DNA of 64,000 nucleotides from Polyangiales bacterium (GTDB lineage Bacteria; Myxococcota_A; Polyangia; Polyangiales; Houyiibacteriaceae): NCBI GenBank assembly GCA_045106895.1, contig JBGCFM010000024.1, positions 1 to 64,000 of the forward strand, read 5' to 3'. Shown piece by piece: positions 18,963 to 28,386 of this stretch (position 1 is its first letter; each line of letters starts with the position of its first letter). The notes under the pieces were generated by a model. It saw only the letters and a program-made list of their open reading frames with translations, ran no database searches and was not told where the DNA came from. The position numbers and the translations under genes were made by a program.

Positions 18963-20053
18963 TGGGCGCTTACGCGATCGTGGGCGCCGGATGCGCTGGT
19001 CTTTCGTTAGCTGTGCAACTAATAGAGGCGGGATTCCGACAGCCCCTCCATTTGTATGAGAGGCGTCGCGAATACGACGACGACCGCACGTGGTGTGCTT
19101 TTCGTGTGGACGCGCACCGTTTTGCAGGCTGTGTCAGTAAGCGCTGGAATCAAGTGTCGGTTCAGGCGGGTCAGAAGCTCGTCACGACAACACTGCGGGA
19201 CCATCCCTACGAGCATATCGCGTCGAAGGACTTCTATCGTGAGGCGCTGGGGGTTCTTCGGGCAGCGCAGAACGTGCACCTTCATCTTGGAGTCGACGCC
19301 GAGGCGTTGCCTGGCGCCAAGGTTCGCGCCGACGGGGTCGTGCGGTCCTATAGTCAGGTGTTCGACTCACTTTTTTCCGGTGAGCTCCCCGACGGGCTTT
19401 GGCAGTGCTTTTCTGGCGTCGTCGTCGAAACGGAGGAGCCTTGTTTTGACCCCTCCACGGCGACCCTTATGGACTTTGACGTGGGGCTCTCTCGCCCCGA
19501 CGCTCTTCAGTTTCGCTACGTTCTTCCTTTCGACGCTCATCACGCGCTCATCGAGAACACGTACTTCGCCCATGAACGGATTCAGTCATGTAGCTCACTT
19601 GGGCCTTGGCTCGCGGCGCTCGGGCCACATACCGTCACTCGGCGGGAGTCCGGGGCGCTGCCCATGAGCGTTGGCGTGGGAGCGAAGCACAAAGATGGAG
19701 TGACCCCCATTGGGCTCGCGGCGGGAAGCGCGAAACCCTCTTCTGGGTACGCTTTCGACTTCATTCAGCGACATTGCCGGGCCCTCGTTGATGACCCTAG
19801 AGCCCCGATGCCACGCTCAGGGACAGCTGTAGTCTTAGACCAGATACTCCTCGATGAAATGACGAAGAACCCACAGCTTGGCGCGAAACTCTTCCGGCGC
19901 ATGTTTGAGCGAAACGAGGGTGACCGCATCGCGCGTTTCATGATGGAAGGCGCTTCCCCATCCGATATGACCCGAATTATGGCGAGCGTGCCCTCTTTCC
20001 GCCTGGTGGCGGGGGGCATGCTATGGCCGCTCCGACGCCTGAGAGACTTATGA
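18962..20053 (+). CDS. crtY: lycopene cyclase family protein
   Basis: GAGCAGLSLA FAD motif, DDRTWC, TLMDF, FRYVLP...ALIENTYF, RRESGALPM, AKPSSGYAF. Confidence 0.8.
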   Translation: MGAYAIVGAGCAGLSLAVQLIEAGFRQPLHLYERRREYDDDRTWCAFRVDAHRFAGCVSKRWNQVSVQAGQKLVTTTLRDHPYEHIASKDFYREALGVLRAAQNVHLHLGVDAEALPGAKVRADGVVRSYSQVFDSLFSGELPDGLWQCFSGVVVETEEPCFDPSTATLMDFDVGLSRPDALQFRYVLPFDAHHALIENTYFAHERIQSCSSLGPWLAALGPHTVTRRESGALPMSVGVGAKHKDGVTPIGLAAGSAKPSSGYAFDFIQRHCRALVDDPRAPMPRSGTAVVLDQILLDEMTKNPQLGAKLFRRMFERNEGDRIARFMMEGASPSDMTRIMASVPSFRLVAGGMLWPLRRLRDL

Positions 20054-21039
20054 AGCTGCCGTTCCCACGTCGCGCCGAGAGCGCTCTTTGGCTGATGGGC
20101 CAGAAGTTGCCCAGGCTTGAACCCACGCCCCGAAGTGAGCCGGATTGGATTCAAGCCAATCCTCGTTTCATCGAACGTGCCTCGGCGCACGCGCAGGCCA
20201 AAGAAGGTGGTGGTTGGGTGGTGTTGGATGCGTCGAGGCGTATCACCGATGAACCAAGGCGCTTTGATGTGGACGGCCGGGAGTGGGTGGCTTGGCGGAC
20301 CGAGAGTGGTGTTCGCGTTGCCCCAAACACCTGCCCGCACATGGGCGCGCGGCTCTCAGATGGTCACTGCAAACACGGCAAGCTCATCTGCCCGTGGCAT
20401 GGCCTAGCTCTGGACGAGTCGCGAGGTGAGTGGCGAACCCAGCCAGTTCATGACGATGGCGTGCTGATTTGGGCCCGTCTCCTCGAGGACGAGGCGCTCA
20501 CGGACCTGCCGATTCAAGCAGCGCGGGCGCCGCATGTTCTGGAGGGGACGATTCGCCAGGAGGCGCGCTGTGATCCAGAGGACATTGTCGCTAACCGTCT
20601 CGATCCTTGGCACGGAGCGCACTACCACCCTCACAGCTTCGCTCGCCTGGTGGTGACCGACGTGAGCGAAGACGCCATCGCTCTCCGCGTGGCATATCGG
20701 GCGTTCGGAGCGCTGGCCGTCGAGGTGGACTGCACGTTTCACGCGCCGACACGTCGCTCCATCGTCATGACCATCACCGGCGGAGAAGGCATCGGGTCCG
20801 TTGTGGAGACCCACGCCTCGCCGATTCACTCGGGTCGCTGTGCGGTCATCGAGACGACTCTTGCGTGCAGCGAGCGTCCCTTCGCCCAACATGCGAGCCG
20901 CGTCGCTGGCCTCGTGAGACCCTTCCTCGAACGCCGTGCCGGACGACTTTGGGTCGAGGACATCGCCTACGCGGAACGGCGCTACGATCTGCGCCGGGGC
21001 GAGGAGCCACGCCGCGGACTCAAGTTGGTCAGCGAGTAG
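20050..21039 (+). CDS. Rieske [2Fe-2S] protein, DUF5914/CrtV-like (carotenoid cluster associated)
   Basis: CPHMGA...CPWHG Rieske ligands, NRLDPWHG..H mononuclear iron motif, RLWVEDIAYAERRY; coupled to crtY. Confidence 0.75.
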   Translation: MKLPFPRRAESALWLMGQKLPRLEPTPRSEPDWIQANPRFIERASAHAQAKEGGGWVVLDASRRITDEPRRFDVDGREWVAWRTESGVRVAPNTCPHMGARLSDGHCKHGKLICPWHGLALDESRGEWRTQPVHDDGVLIWARLLEDEALTDLPIQAARAPHVLEGTIRQEARCDPEDIVANRLDPWHGAHYHPHSFARLVVTDVSEDAIALRVAYRAFGALAVEVDCTFHAPTRRSIVMTITGGEGIGSVVETHASPIHSGRCAVIETTLACSERPFAQHASRVAGLVRPFLERRAGRLWVEDIAYAERRYDLRRGEEPRRGLKLVSE

Positions 21040-21744
21040 TGAAGCGTCCTGCTGCGAGTGGGTGCTCCTGCCGATCGCGCTCCTCGTCGCGGCGTACTTC
21101 TACTTCCGCCCCGTGGCCGAGGATGGTGCTTCGCCCGAGACGAGAGGCGTGCTGCGGTCGCGGACTTGCAGAACCCGAACGCGCTCCCGGCCCAGGAGCC
21201 GGAGGCTGAAGCCGAGCAGATGGTGGCAGGGGCTGAAGCGGCGGACGAGCCGCTGGAAGGCCTAAGCCCGGAGGCGCGGCGCCAAGCGTGGAACGACATT
21301 CGAAGCGCGATCGAAGAGGCGCGTCGCTCACGTATTCCCTCGGCCTTGCCCATGGCAGAGACTCCGCCAGCAGCGGAGCCTGACTACGGAACCCTTGAGG
21401 CGTCGTATATTCGTGACGCGATGGATGAGATGATCCCTCTTCTCGCCGAATGCTACGAGCTTGCCCTCGAAGAAGAGCCGGAGCTGCAGGGACGACTGGT
21501 CCTGAACTACACGATTGGCGGTGAGCCTGAAGTGGGCGGTGTGGTGGAAGAGGTTGCCATCAACGAGGAGAGCGACCTGCGACACCCGATTCTGGACGAG
21601 TGTGTTCGCGAGACCATCTACACGGCGGAGCTCCCGGCGCCGGAAGAAGGCGGGCAGGTTCAGGTGACCTACCCCGTCAACTTTGCGCCTGACGAGCCGG
21701 AGGACGCCGACGACGAAGCGGGCGTTTCTCAAGGATTGCGCTAG
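21039..21744 (+). CDS. AgmX/PglI-like (TonB C-terminal-like) membrane protein, apparently frameshifted near the N-terminus
   Basis: C-domain ECYELAL...LQGRLVLNYTI...DECV...PAP.GG..QVTYP. The TM segment WVLLPIALLVAAYFYF lies in a different frame from the C-domain. Confidence 0.6.
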
Positions 21745-21753
21745 CCTTCGCCG

Positions 21754-23199
21754 GTGATTCGCGCGTTACCGTTCCTTCTCCTCTTGTCCATCGGCTGTTT
21801 TGAGTCGCGTTTTGCCGGCGACGGTGGCGTTCGTCCCGACGTGGGCCTCGCAGACAGCGGTCCTGGATTTGATGTACCGCGCTTCGATTCAGGTCCAGGC
21901 TTCGACAGCGGACCTGGCTTCGATTCAGGTCCTGGTTTCGATTCGGGTCCAGGTTTCGACGGCGGACCCGTCTTCGTCGATGCTGGCCCCTCCGACACTG
22001 GCGGACCGGACGTCTTCGACGGCGGACCGTCGTGTGATCCGAGTGAATGCCCGAGCGCGGCAGGACCCACTTGCGTCGACGACACCACCCTGCGTGTCTT
22101 CGGCGAACCCTTCTGTGACGAAGACTTCATGTGCGACCTGCCCGTCGAGGACTTCGTATGTCAGCGCGGCTGTGAGATGGGTCGCTGCGTCGAGGTCTGC
22201 GGCGAGTGGGTCACGGACATCGTCTCTGGCAGCGGAAACTCCGGCGGCTCCACCTCGCTCAGCATTGGCGCTGATGCGATCTACATCGCGTACTCCGAAG
22301 GCGTCGCCAACGAGCTGCGCGTTGCAAATCTGCGCGGCGGCGTGTGGGGACTTGAGACCGTCGGACGTCCAAAAGTCGCGGCGACTCCCGCGGAGATCGT
22401 CATCGACGACCGTGATGGGCTTCACACCCTCTACAGCCCTCCTAGCTCCACGGGTCTTCGTTACGCGTTTCGAACTGCAGGAGGCGCTTGGCGCCGGGAC
22501 GTTGTCACCACCCAGGGCGGTCGCTCCGTGGGTACCTTGGCCATCGATGACGACCAGAACCTTCACTTCGTTCACCGGCTCTCCGGTGACCTTGGTTACG
22601 TAAAACGCGTGGATGGTCGTTTCGAGCGTTTTGACATCCCAAACCGTGGCTATGGCGGACCCAACAGTCTTGCTGTGTTCACCCGCGGCGCGAACACCAC
22701 CGTCATGGTCGCCGTGGCGGAAGCGGGCATGTTCCCCATGCCTTCCTCCCTTGGCTTTGCGGAGCGCACCGGCGACGGTCCTTGGAACTTCGAGTCTTTC
22801 GTGGGCGCAGCCACGTCGCCAGCCCTCGCCATCGATTCTCGCGGGACCCCGTACATCGTCGACTTCCAAGGAACGGACCTTCGCCTTCGTGTCCGGCGCG
22901 GAGGAGTCTGGGATGAGGAGCTCATCGACGCGCGCGTTCGCGGCCAGAACCCCGACTCCGTCTTCGACGATGCCGGAGTCCTGCACGTGAGCTTCCGCGA
23001 CATCGACAACCGCCGACTCGTCTACGCCCGTCGCGACACGGACGGCGGATGGTCGTTCCAAGAAGCCGACGTCACCTTGGGCGCAGGCGACAACAGCTCC
23101 ATTGGCGTGGACCGCCGAGGCGTCCACATCAGCCATCAGAGCGACACGAGTGTTCGCGAGCGTGAGCTTCGCTACACCCGTCTCCTCACCTGCCTCTGA
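21754..23199 (+). CDS. lipoprotein with FD(S/G)GPG linker, Cys-rich segment and beta-propeller-like repeats
   Basis: Lipobox SIGC; repeated blades S.AID..G..H.S(Y/F)...L.YA.R..G.W. Confidence 0.7.
   Translation: MIRALPFLLLLSIGCFESRFAGDGGVRPDVGLADSGPGFDVPRFDSGPGFDSGPGFDSGPGFDSGPGFDGGPVFVDAGPSDTGGPDVFDGGPSCDPSECPSAAGPTCVDDTTLRVFGEPFCDEDFMCDLPVEDFVCQRGCEMGRCVEVCGEWVTDIVSGSGNSGGSTSLSIGADAIYIAYSEGVANELRVANLRGGVWGLETVGRPKVAATPAEIVIDDRDGLHTLYSPPSSTGLRYAFRTAGGAWRRDVVTTQGGRSVGTLAIDDDQNLHFVHRLSGDLGYVKRVDGRFERFDIPNRGYGGPNSLAVFTRGANTTVMVAVAEAGMFPMPSSLGFAERTGDGPWNFESFVGAATSPALAIDSRGTPYIVDFQGTDLRLRVRRGGVWDEELIDARVRGQNPDSVFDDAGVLHVSFRDIDNRRLVYARRDTDGGWSFQEADVTLGAGDNSSIGVDRRGVHISHQSDTSVRERELRYTRLLTCL
21883..21969 (+). 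repeat. 18-bp coding tandem repeat, ~5 copies (FDSGPG)
   Basis: TTCGATTCAGGTCCAGGC and synonymous variants. Confidence 0.9.
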
Positions 23200-23202
23200 C
23201 TT

Positions 23203-24654
23203 CTAGGCGCCGACGCCCATCTCGGTCACGGCGCACTTGATCGGCGCTCCGAGTCGAAGGTTCGCGTTGAGATCACGTAGCGCGGTCCGAATGCCCTCTT
23301 CCACCACCGGGTGGTAGAAGGGCATGTCGAGGGCTTGGGCAACGGTCATGCCCTGCTGCACCGACCAGGCGATGAGATGCGCTAAGTGCTCGGCGCGAGG
23401 CCCAAAGAACTCTCCGCCGAGGAGCCGGCCGTTGTCTTTGTCGGCGTAGAGGCGGACGCGTCCGGCGTTCATGGCGTGGACGCGGGAGCGACCTTGATCC
23501 CCGTAGTCGACTTCTCCAGCCACAGCGCCGCAGCTCTCCAGGCCGCCATATCCAGAGCCGACGATGGCGATCTGCGGATCGGTGAAGGCGATGCCAAGGG
23601 GCGTGCGGCGAGAAGGTGCCAGCACCTCCGGATAGCGCGCTGCGTTGCGCCCTGCGATGCGTCCGTCGTCGGAGGCTTCATGGAGAAGAGGGTGCAGGTT
23701 GTTGACGTCCCCTGCGACGAAGACCGGGCCCTGGCCGAGCTGAAGTGTCCGCGGGTCGATGTCGTAGCGTCCGCGCTCGATAGGCTCGATGCCTGCGGCC
23801 TCCAAGCCCAGCTTGTCCATATTGGGCTTCCGGCCTGCGGCGATGAGAACGCGCTCAAAGGTCTCGCTTCGTTCCTTGCCGGCCGAGTCGACGAAGTCGA
23901 AACGGAGACCCTTGTCCACCACCTCGATGCTCTTGAACTCGTAGCTCGGATGAATATCCAGCTCCTTGGAGAGGACGTTCTTGGCCTCCTCGAGGATGAT
24001 GGGGTCGCTGATGGGCCCGATGGCGCCGCCAACGCCGATGAGCGTGGTGCGAACGCCAAGGCGGTGAAACGCCTGCCCCAGCTCAAGACCGATGACGCCG
24101 AGACCCACCACAAGGAGACTCTCAGGCAGGTCTTCCATCTCAAAGATGCCGTCTGTGGTGAGGCTCTGCGCCGCGACAGGCCGGAACGGAGGCGGCACGA
24201 AGGGGCTGCTCCCCGTCGCGATGACCAGGCGCTCGAAGTGAACCTCGCCAAGCACGCCGTCTTCCCCGTCGACGCGGATGGCGTTCTTCGATGTGAGCGT
24301 TCCTCGGCCTACGAGGAGCTCGCCCTCTTCTTTTGCTTCGTCGATGACCTTGTTCACGAAGCCGACAAAACGATCACGCTCGCTCCGAAGCCGGCCGAGG
24401 ACGGCCTTGCCGTCGATACGGACCTCACCGGGGTGGACGCCGAAGATGGGCGCCTTCTCCGCATGATGAACCGCTTCCGCCGCGGCGATGAGGAGCTTGC
24501 TCGGCATGCAGCCAACGCGGGCGCAGGTCGTACCGAAAGGACCCGGGTCGATCATGACGACGGTTTTGCCTTCGGCTCTTGCCGCACGCCGCGCACCGAG
24601 CCCTGCTGTGCCAGCTCCTAGAATCGCTACATCTACTTTCGTCACATTCGCCAT
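23203..24654 (-). CDS. dihydrolipoyl dehydrogenase-like flavoprotein disulfide reductase
   Basis: GAGTAG, GTTCARVGCMPSK redox disulfide, GVIGLE, FYHPVVEE. Confidence 0.88.
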   Translation of the reverse strand: MANVTKVDVAILGAGTAGLGARRAARAEGKTVVMIDPGPFGTTCARVGCMPSKLLIAAAEAVHHAEKAPIFGVHPGEVRIDGKAVLGRLRSERDRFVGFVNKVIDEAKEEGELLVGRGTLTSKNAIRVDGEDGVLGEVHFERLVIATGSSPFVPPPFRPVAAQSLTTDGIFEMEDLPESLLVVGLGVIGLELGQAFHRLGVRTTLIGVGGAIGPISDPIILEEAKNVLSKELDIHPSYEFKSIEVVDKGLRFDFVDSAGKERSETFERVLIAAGRKPNMDKLGLEAAGIEPIERGRYDIDPRTLQLGQGPVFVAGDVNNLHPLLHEASDDGRIAGRNAARYPEVLAPSRRTPLGIAFTDPQIAIVGSGYGGLESCGAVAGEVDYGDQGRSRVHAMNAGRVRLYADKDNGRLLGGEFFGPRAEHLAHLIAWSVQQGMTVAQALDMPFYHPVVEEGIRTALRDLNANLRLGAPIKCAVTEMGVGA

Positions 24655-24656
24655 CT

Positions 24657-25232
24657 TCAACATTCCCTTTCGATCTGTCGTTTGAACTGGTCCACCGCCG
24701 TCCAAAGACGACTCACATCCCCAACGGCGCGGACGCACATCATCACGCCCTCCACCGTCGACAAAAACGTGGCGGCGAGGTCACTCGGTGACTCACACCG
24801 CCGCAGTCGCCCTGCTTCGTGGGCGGCGCCAAAGAGCGCCTCGAGCCACGCTTCGCTCTCCACAAAAAAGCCCCGGACTTCGACCTGCATCTCCTCCGGC
24901 AAGGTCTCGAACTCCACCGCGAGCGTGCCCGCCAGACACATCCGGCCGGCGCCGATGGTGTTCGCGAAGAGCTCCGAGAACGCGTGGAGCGCTTCGTCGT
25001 ATTCGCCGTGGCGCGCTGAGATGTCCGCGAGGGCGGCGCTGAACCCTGCCCGATAACGGACGAGCATGGCGACGCCAAGGTCGCCTTTGGTCCGGTAGTG
25101 GTGGTGGATGCTTGCGGAGCGAATCCCCACGCGCTCCGCGACGTCGCGAAAGCTAAAAGCGTTGTAGCCGCGTGTCTGAACGAACTCTTGGGCGACATCC
25201 AGAATCGAACTTTGTGTGGATGAGTACTCCAT
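24657..25232 (-). CDS. TetR/AcrR family regulator (NemR-like)
   Basis: HTH GYNAFSFRDVAERVGIRSASIHHHYRTK; conserved Cys in GRMCL. Confidence 0.88.
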   Translation of the reverse strand: MEYSSTQSSILDVAQEFVQTRGYNAFSFRDVAERVGIRSASIHHHYRTKGDLGVAMLVRYRAGFSAALADISARHGEYDEALHAFSELFANTIGAGRMCLAGTLAVEFETLPEEMQVEVRGFFVESEAWLEALFGAAHEAGRLRRCESPSDLAATFLSTVEGVMMCVRAVGDVSRLWTAVDQFKRQIEREC

Positions 25233-25350
25233 CAGCGTCCCTCGATGCCGTTCACGAAGACCATTCGACGGCGAAGACCTCAGGACCCCAGATGCAGTCC
25301 AAGAGCGTCGCAAAGAAGCCAAAAAGTACGAAGTTCCGAGTCATTGTCCA

Positions 25351-25372
25351 GCCTACCTGGAGATAGGTAGGC
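25351..25372. promoter_or_regulatory. palindromic operator candidate for the adjacent TetR
   Basis: GCCTACCT-N6-AGGTAGGC perfect 8-bp arms upstream of the TetR gene. Confidence 0.5.
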
Positions 25373-25413
25373 GCGTCGTCATCCTTTGTTACAAAGAAAA
25401 GCAGGGCCCCACG

Positions 25414-25446
25414 AAAAAACGCCCCCACGAGCTTCGTGGGAGCGTT
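25414..25446 (-). terminator. intrinsic terminator of the 925-aa lipoprotein gene
   Basis: Minus strand AACGCTCCCACGA-AGC-TCGTGGGGGCGTT followed by a T tract. Confidence 0.8.
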
Positions 25447-25466
25447 CTGTGAAAGCGAAGGATGAA

Positions 25467-28244
25467 TCAGGGAGTGCTGGTCTCAGCCCAGAAGTTCAAC
25501 ACCTCAAAGGACTGGCACTCCTCATCGCCCGCATCGTTCTCTCGGCAGTCGAAGTCATGGTGAAACGCGACGATCTGCGTTTGATAGGGCGCGTACACTG
25601 CTGGGTCGACGGCGCCGGCGGAGAAGCCGTAGCTCACGCTGTTGCCGTGGCTGACGATGATGTTGTTCTCTTGGGACGCGCCCATGTGCAGCTCGAAGAT
25701 GGCCCCGCCAACAGAGAGCTCCAGGTCAAAGGCTGCCGAGGTGCCCCAAGAGTTGCTTTCCATCGAAGAGTTTGTGACCTCGATATTACCGCTGCCGCTG
25801 GTGCCTGAGCCCATCACCCCGCCGGGAAGCGAGACGGTGCCGGGGTCGATGCCCATCGTCGAGGTGAGGTAGCCGCAATCTGCAAGTTCGCTGGCTGGGG
25901 TGCTCTCGTTGCACTCGGGGCCTGTGACCCCAAGACGCGTGAAGTAGCCCTCGAGGTCTGCCCGGCGGTTGTAGGACGCTGGGTCCGTGGGAACGTGGTC
26001 GAAGACTTCTTCGATGGCAGCGGCTTGGCTTGGCCGAAGCGAGGGCCGTATCAGTGACATCGAGAAGAGCCGCGTGGTCTGCACGTCGCTGCGAGGGATC
26101 GAGATGGTCATCGTCTCACCCACGCGGCTTTCGCCGCTCGGGCTTAGAGGCGCGCTGAGGACTTGGTAGGTGAACTGCTCAAGGCCAAAGACCGTCGCCA
26201 GCACCTGGTTCTCCGGCGAACCGTTGCTGTAGGAGCGGGTGAAGCTAATGCTCGTCTCCTCCCCTGTCGTGAAGCTCGTCTGCGCAGTGACAGTGGCTTT
26301 CGCTTTGAGCTCGGACTGCGAAGCGATGCGATCTTCCCAGCCGTAGCCGACGGTCACGCCCATGCTGAAGCCGAAGGTCGATTCCGTCGCCGACGCCGAA
26401 GAGGTCGTGTTGCCGAAGGTTGTCGAGCACTCGTTGGTGAACTGACCCACGGGCCCTTCGTAGCAAGGGGCTGCTGCGAGCACGGCGAGGATGACGGGCT
26501 CCGAGTAGCGCATGATGTGCTCTTCGGTGAGATGGCGAACGACGATGGAGTCGGAGTCGACGTTGACGGGCAGCATGCGCAAGGGGGATCCGCCGTCAGG
26601 CACGACGGTGAGGAGCTCATGCGCGATGCCGCTGCCAAACGCGGGCTTGAGGAGGATGGAGTCCTCCGAGGTTTGGTCCTCGAAGATGCCCTGGCGAGCG
26701 GACAAGACAGCGGCGTCGGGGATGCCGTCGCCGTTGAACTCGCCGAGGGCGAACTGAACATCTTCGTCGATGACGAGCTCGGTGTCGTCGGAGAATGGCA
26801 GGAGAAGACGAGGAGTACGGGCCATCGCCGTGACGCGCTCTTCGGCGCTCGCAGAAGCGGGGAGCGCGACGGGGCTGAACTCGAAGATGACGTTGTTGAT
26901 GAGCACATCATCGGCGGGGTCAAAGGCGTTGAAGTCGGCGGGTGCTTCGGGGCCAGGTGCCGCGGGCGTCACGGAAGAGACGCTGGTGCGGCCCACATGG
27001 AGCTGCGTTTGACGAATGCGCACGATGGATGAGCCACGTGGCGTGCTTTCCGAAAAAGAGCTCTCGTAAATGGGCGCGCCGATCCCGCCGCTCATCCCTC
27101 CGTCGTCGAAGACGCGCATGATGAGCCTGTAGCTGCCGGTTGAGGCATGGCTATCGGTGCCGCCGACGACGATCTCATCGAGGAAGTCCCCATCGACGTC
27201 GGCGAGCGCGACACCGGCGGCGAGGAAGGGCTCAAAGGCGGAGGTCGAGATCCTGCGGTCGTTACCCGTCGATGGAACGATGAGGCGCGTGGACGCATCG
27301 CCGCTTTCGCCGGCCTCCCGGTAGTTCACGACGATGGCGACTTCTTCGCCTGGCTCATGGTTGAGCTGGCCCGAAGCGATGGAGAAGCTGTGCATAGGCT
27401 CGGTAATAGAATTTTGCCAAACAGTCTCGTTGAGGGGTCCGAGGGTGCTAGTGGCGGGGTCGTAGCTTCGATAGCCAATGGCGCGCGGGACCTCGGGCCT
27501 GGAGCTTGGAATGAACGCGACGAGCATCACTTCGTCGATTCCGTCGCCATCGACGTCTTGTTTGACGGCCTGAAGATCCGTCGCGTTCGCCCAGGACCCA
27601 ACGACCTCGCCTGCGATGCTCGGGACGTCAAAGCCGTCTTCTTCGTCTTCCATTCGGTAGGCGAAGACCTGTCCGCCTCGAACGTCGAAGACCAGGACTT
27701 CTTCGCGGCCGTCATTGTCGAGGTGCAGAGCAACAGGGGCAGGCTGCGCGAAGACTTCGAGACCGCCGGCGGGGCGGGCGATGACCTTGTCTGCGGGCGT
27801 GCCGGCGCGGTTCATGTCGATGACTGCGCCGCCGCCAAATCCGGCCCCGAGGACAAAGAACTCCGAGGCACCATCGAGGGTCGCGATGGCGTCCCGCAGC
27901 GGATGGGAGTTCGACGGCAACTCGTCCCCGGCGTAGTCGTGGATGACGCTGCCGCCGACTTCCGCAGAGTCGAGAGCGGGAAGCCCGATGCTCAAGTGCG
28001 CGAGGCGCTCTTCGACGGTCTCGAGGAACTCAGGCCCGCCGTCGAAGCCAGGGCCACCGTCGAAGCCAGGGCCACCGTCGAAGCCAGGTCCGCCGTCGAA
28101 GCCGGGTCCGCCGTCGAAGGTGGATGCGTCGAGGGACATGCCCCCATCCGTCATCATGTCGTCGTCGCCGCAGCCAACAACTGCCACGCAGGTGACAAGA
28201 GTCAGCACATGTCGCCAGCGAGAGGTGATCGAAGTGAAAGGCAT
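25467..28244 (-). CDS. large lipoprotein with FG-GAP/VCBS repeats and Ser/Thr-rich beta-hairpin C-terminal domain
   Basis: Lipobox VVGC; LDNDGREEV, DVDGDGIDEV, DVDGDFLDEI, EFNGDGIPD; alternating polar/apolar strands in the C-terminus. Confidence 0.75.
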   Translation of the reverse strand: MPFTSITSRWRHVLTLVTCVAVVGCGDDDMMTDGGMSLDASTFDGGPGFDGGPGFDGGPGFDGGPGFDGGPEFLETVEERLAHLSIGLPALDSAEVGGSVIHDYAGDELPSNSHPLRDAIATLDGASEFFVLGAGFGGGAVIDMNRAGTPADKVIARPAGGLEVFAQPAPVALHLDNDGREEVLVFDVRGGQVFAYRMEDEEDGFDVPSIAGEVVGSWANATDLQAVKQDVDGDGIDEVMLVAFIPSSRPEVPRAIGYRSYDPATSTLGPLNETVWQNSITEPMHSFSIASGQLNHEPGEEVAIVVNYREAGESGDASTRLIVPSTGNDRRISTSAFEPFLAAGVALADVDGDFLDEIVVGGTDSHASTGSYRLIMRVFDDGGMSGGIGAPIYESSFSESTPRGSSIVRIRQTQLHVGRTSVSSVTPAAPGPEAPADFNAFDPADDVLINNVIFEFSPVALPASASAEERVTAMARTPRLLLPFSDDTELVIDEDVQFALGEFNGDGIPDAAVLSARQGIFEDQTSEDSILLKPAFGSGIAHELLTVVPDGGSPLRMLPVNVDSDSIVVRHLTEEHIMRYSEPVILAVLAAAPCYEGPVGQFTNECSTTFGNTTSSASATESTFGFSMGVTVGYGWEDRIASQSELKAKATVTAQTSFTTGEETSISFTRSYSNGSPENQVLATVFGLEQFTYQVLSAPLSPSGESRVGETMTISIPRSDVQTTRLFSMSLIRPSLRPSQAAAIEEVFDHVPTDPASYNRRADLEGYFTRLGVTGPECNESTPASELADCGYLTSTMGIDPGTVSLPGGVMGSGTSGSGNIEVTNSSMESNSWGTSAAFDLELSVGGAIFELHMGASQENNIIVSHGNSVSYGFSAGAVDPAVYAPYQTQIVAFHHDFDCRENDAGDEECQSFEVLNFWAETSTP
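28029..28118 (-). repeat. 18-bp coding tandem repeat, 5 copies (FDGGPG)
   Basis: GCCAGGGCCACCGTCGAA-type units on the + strand. Confidence 0.9.
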
Positions 28245-28386
28245 CGCAGAATTCTCCAGGGTTGTGGGTGCGGGCGTATCCCGCCCTCAACACACCCACG
28301 AGAATGCGATCAAAACCCCGTAAACAAAAAGTAACTTTCCAACAAAAGCGGAAACATCCAACAACGACGATTGTTACTCTCGCTTC

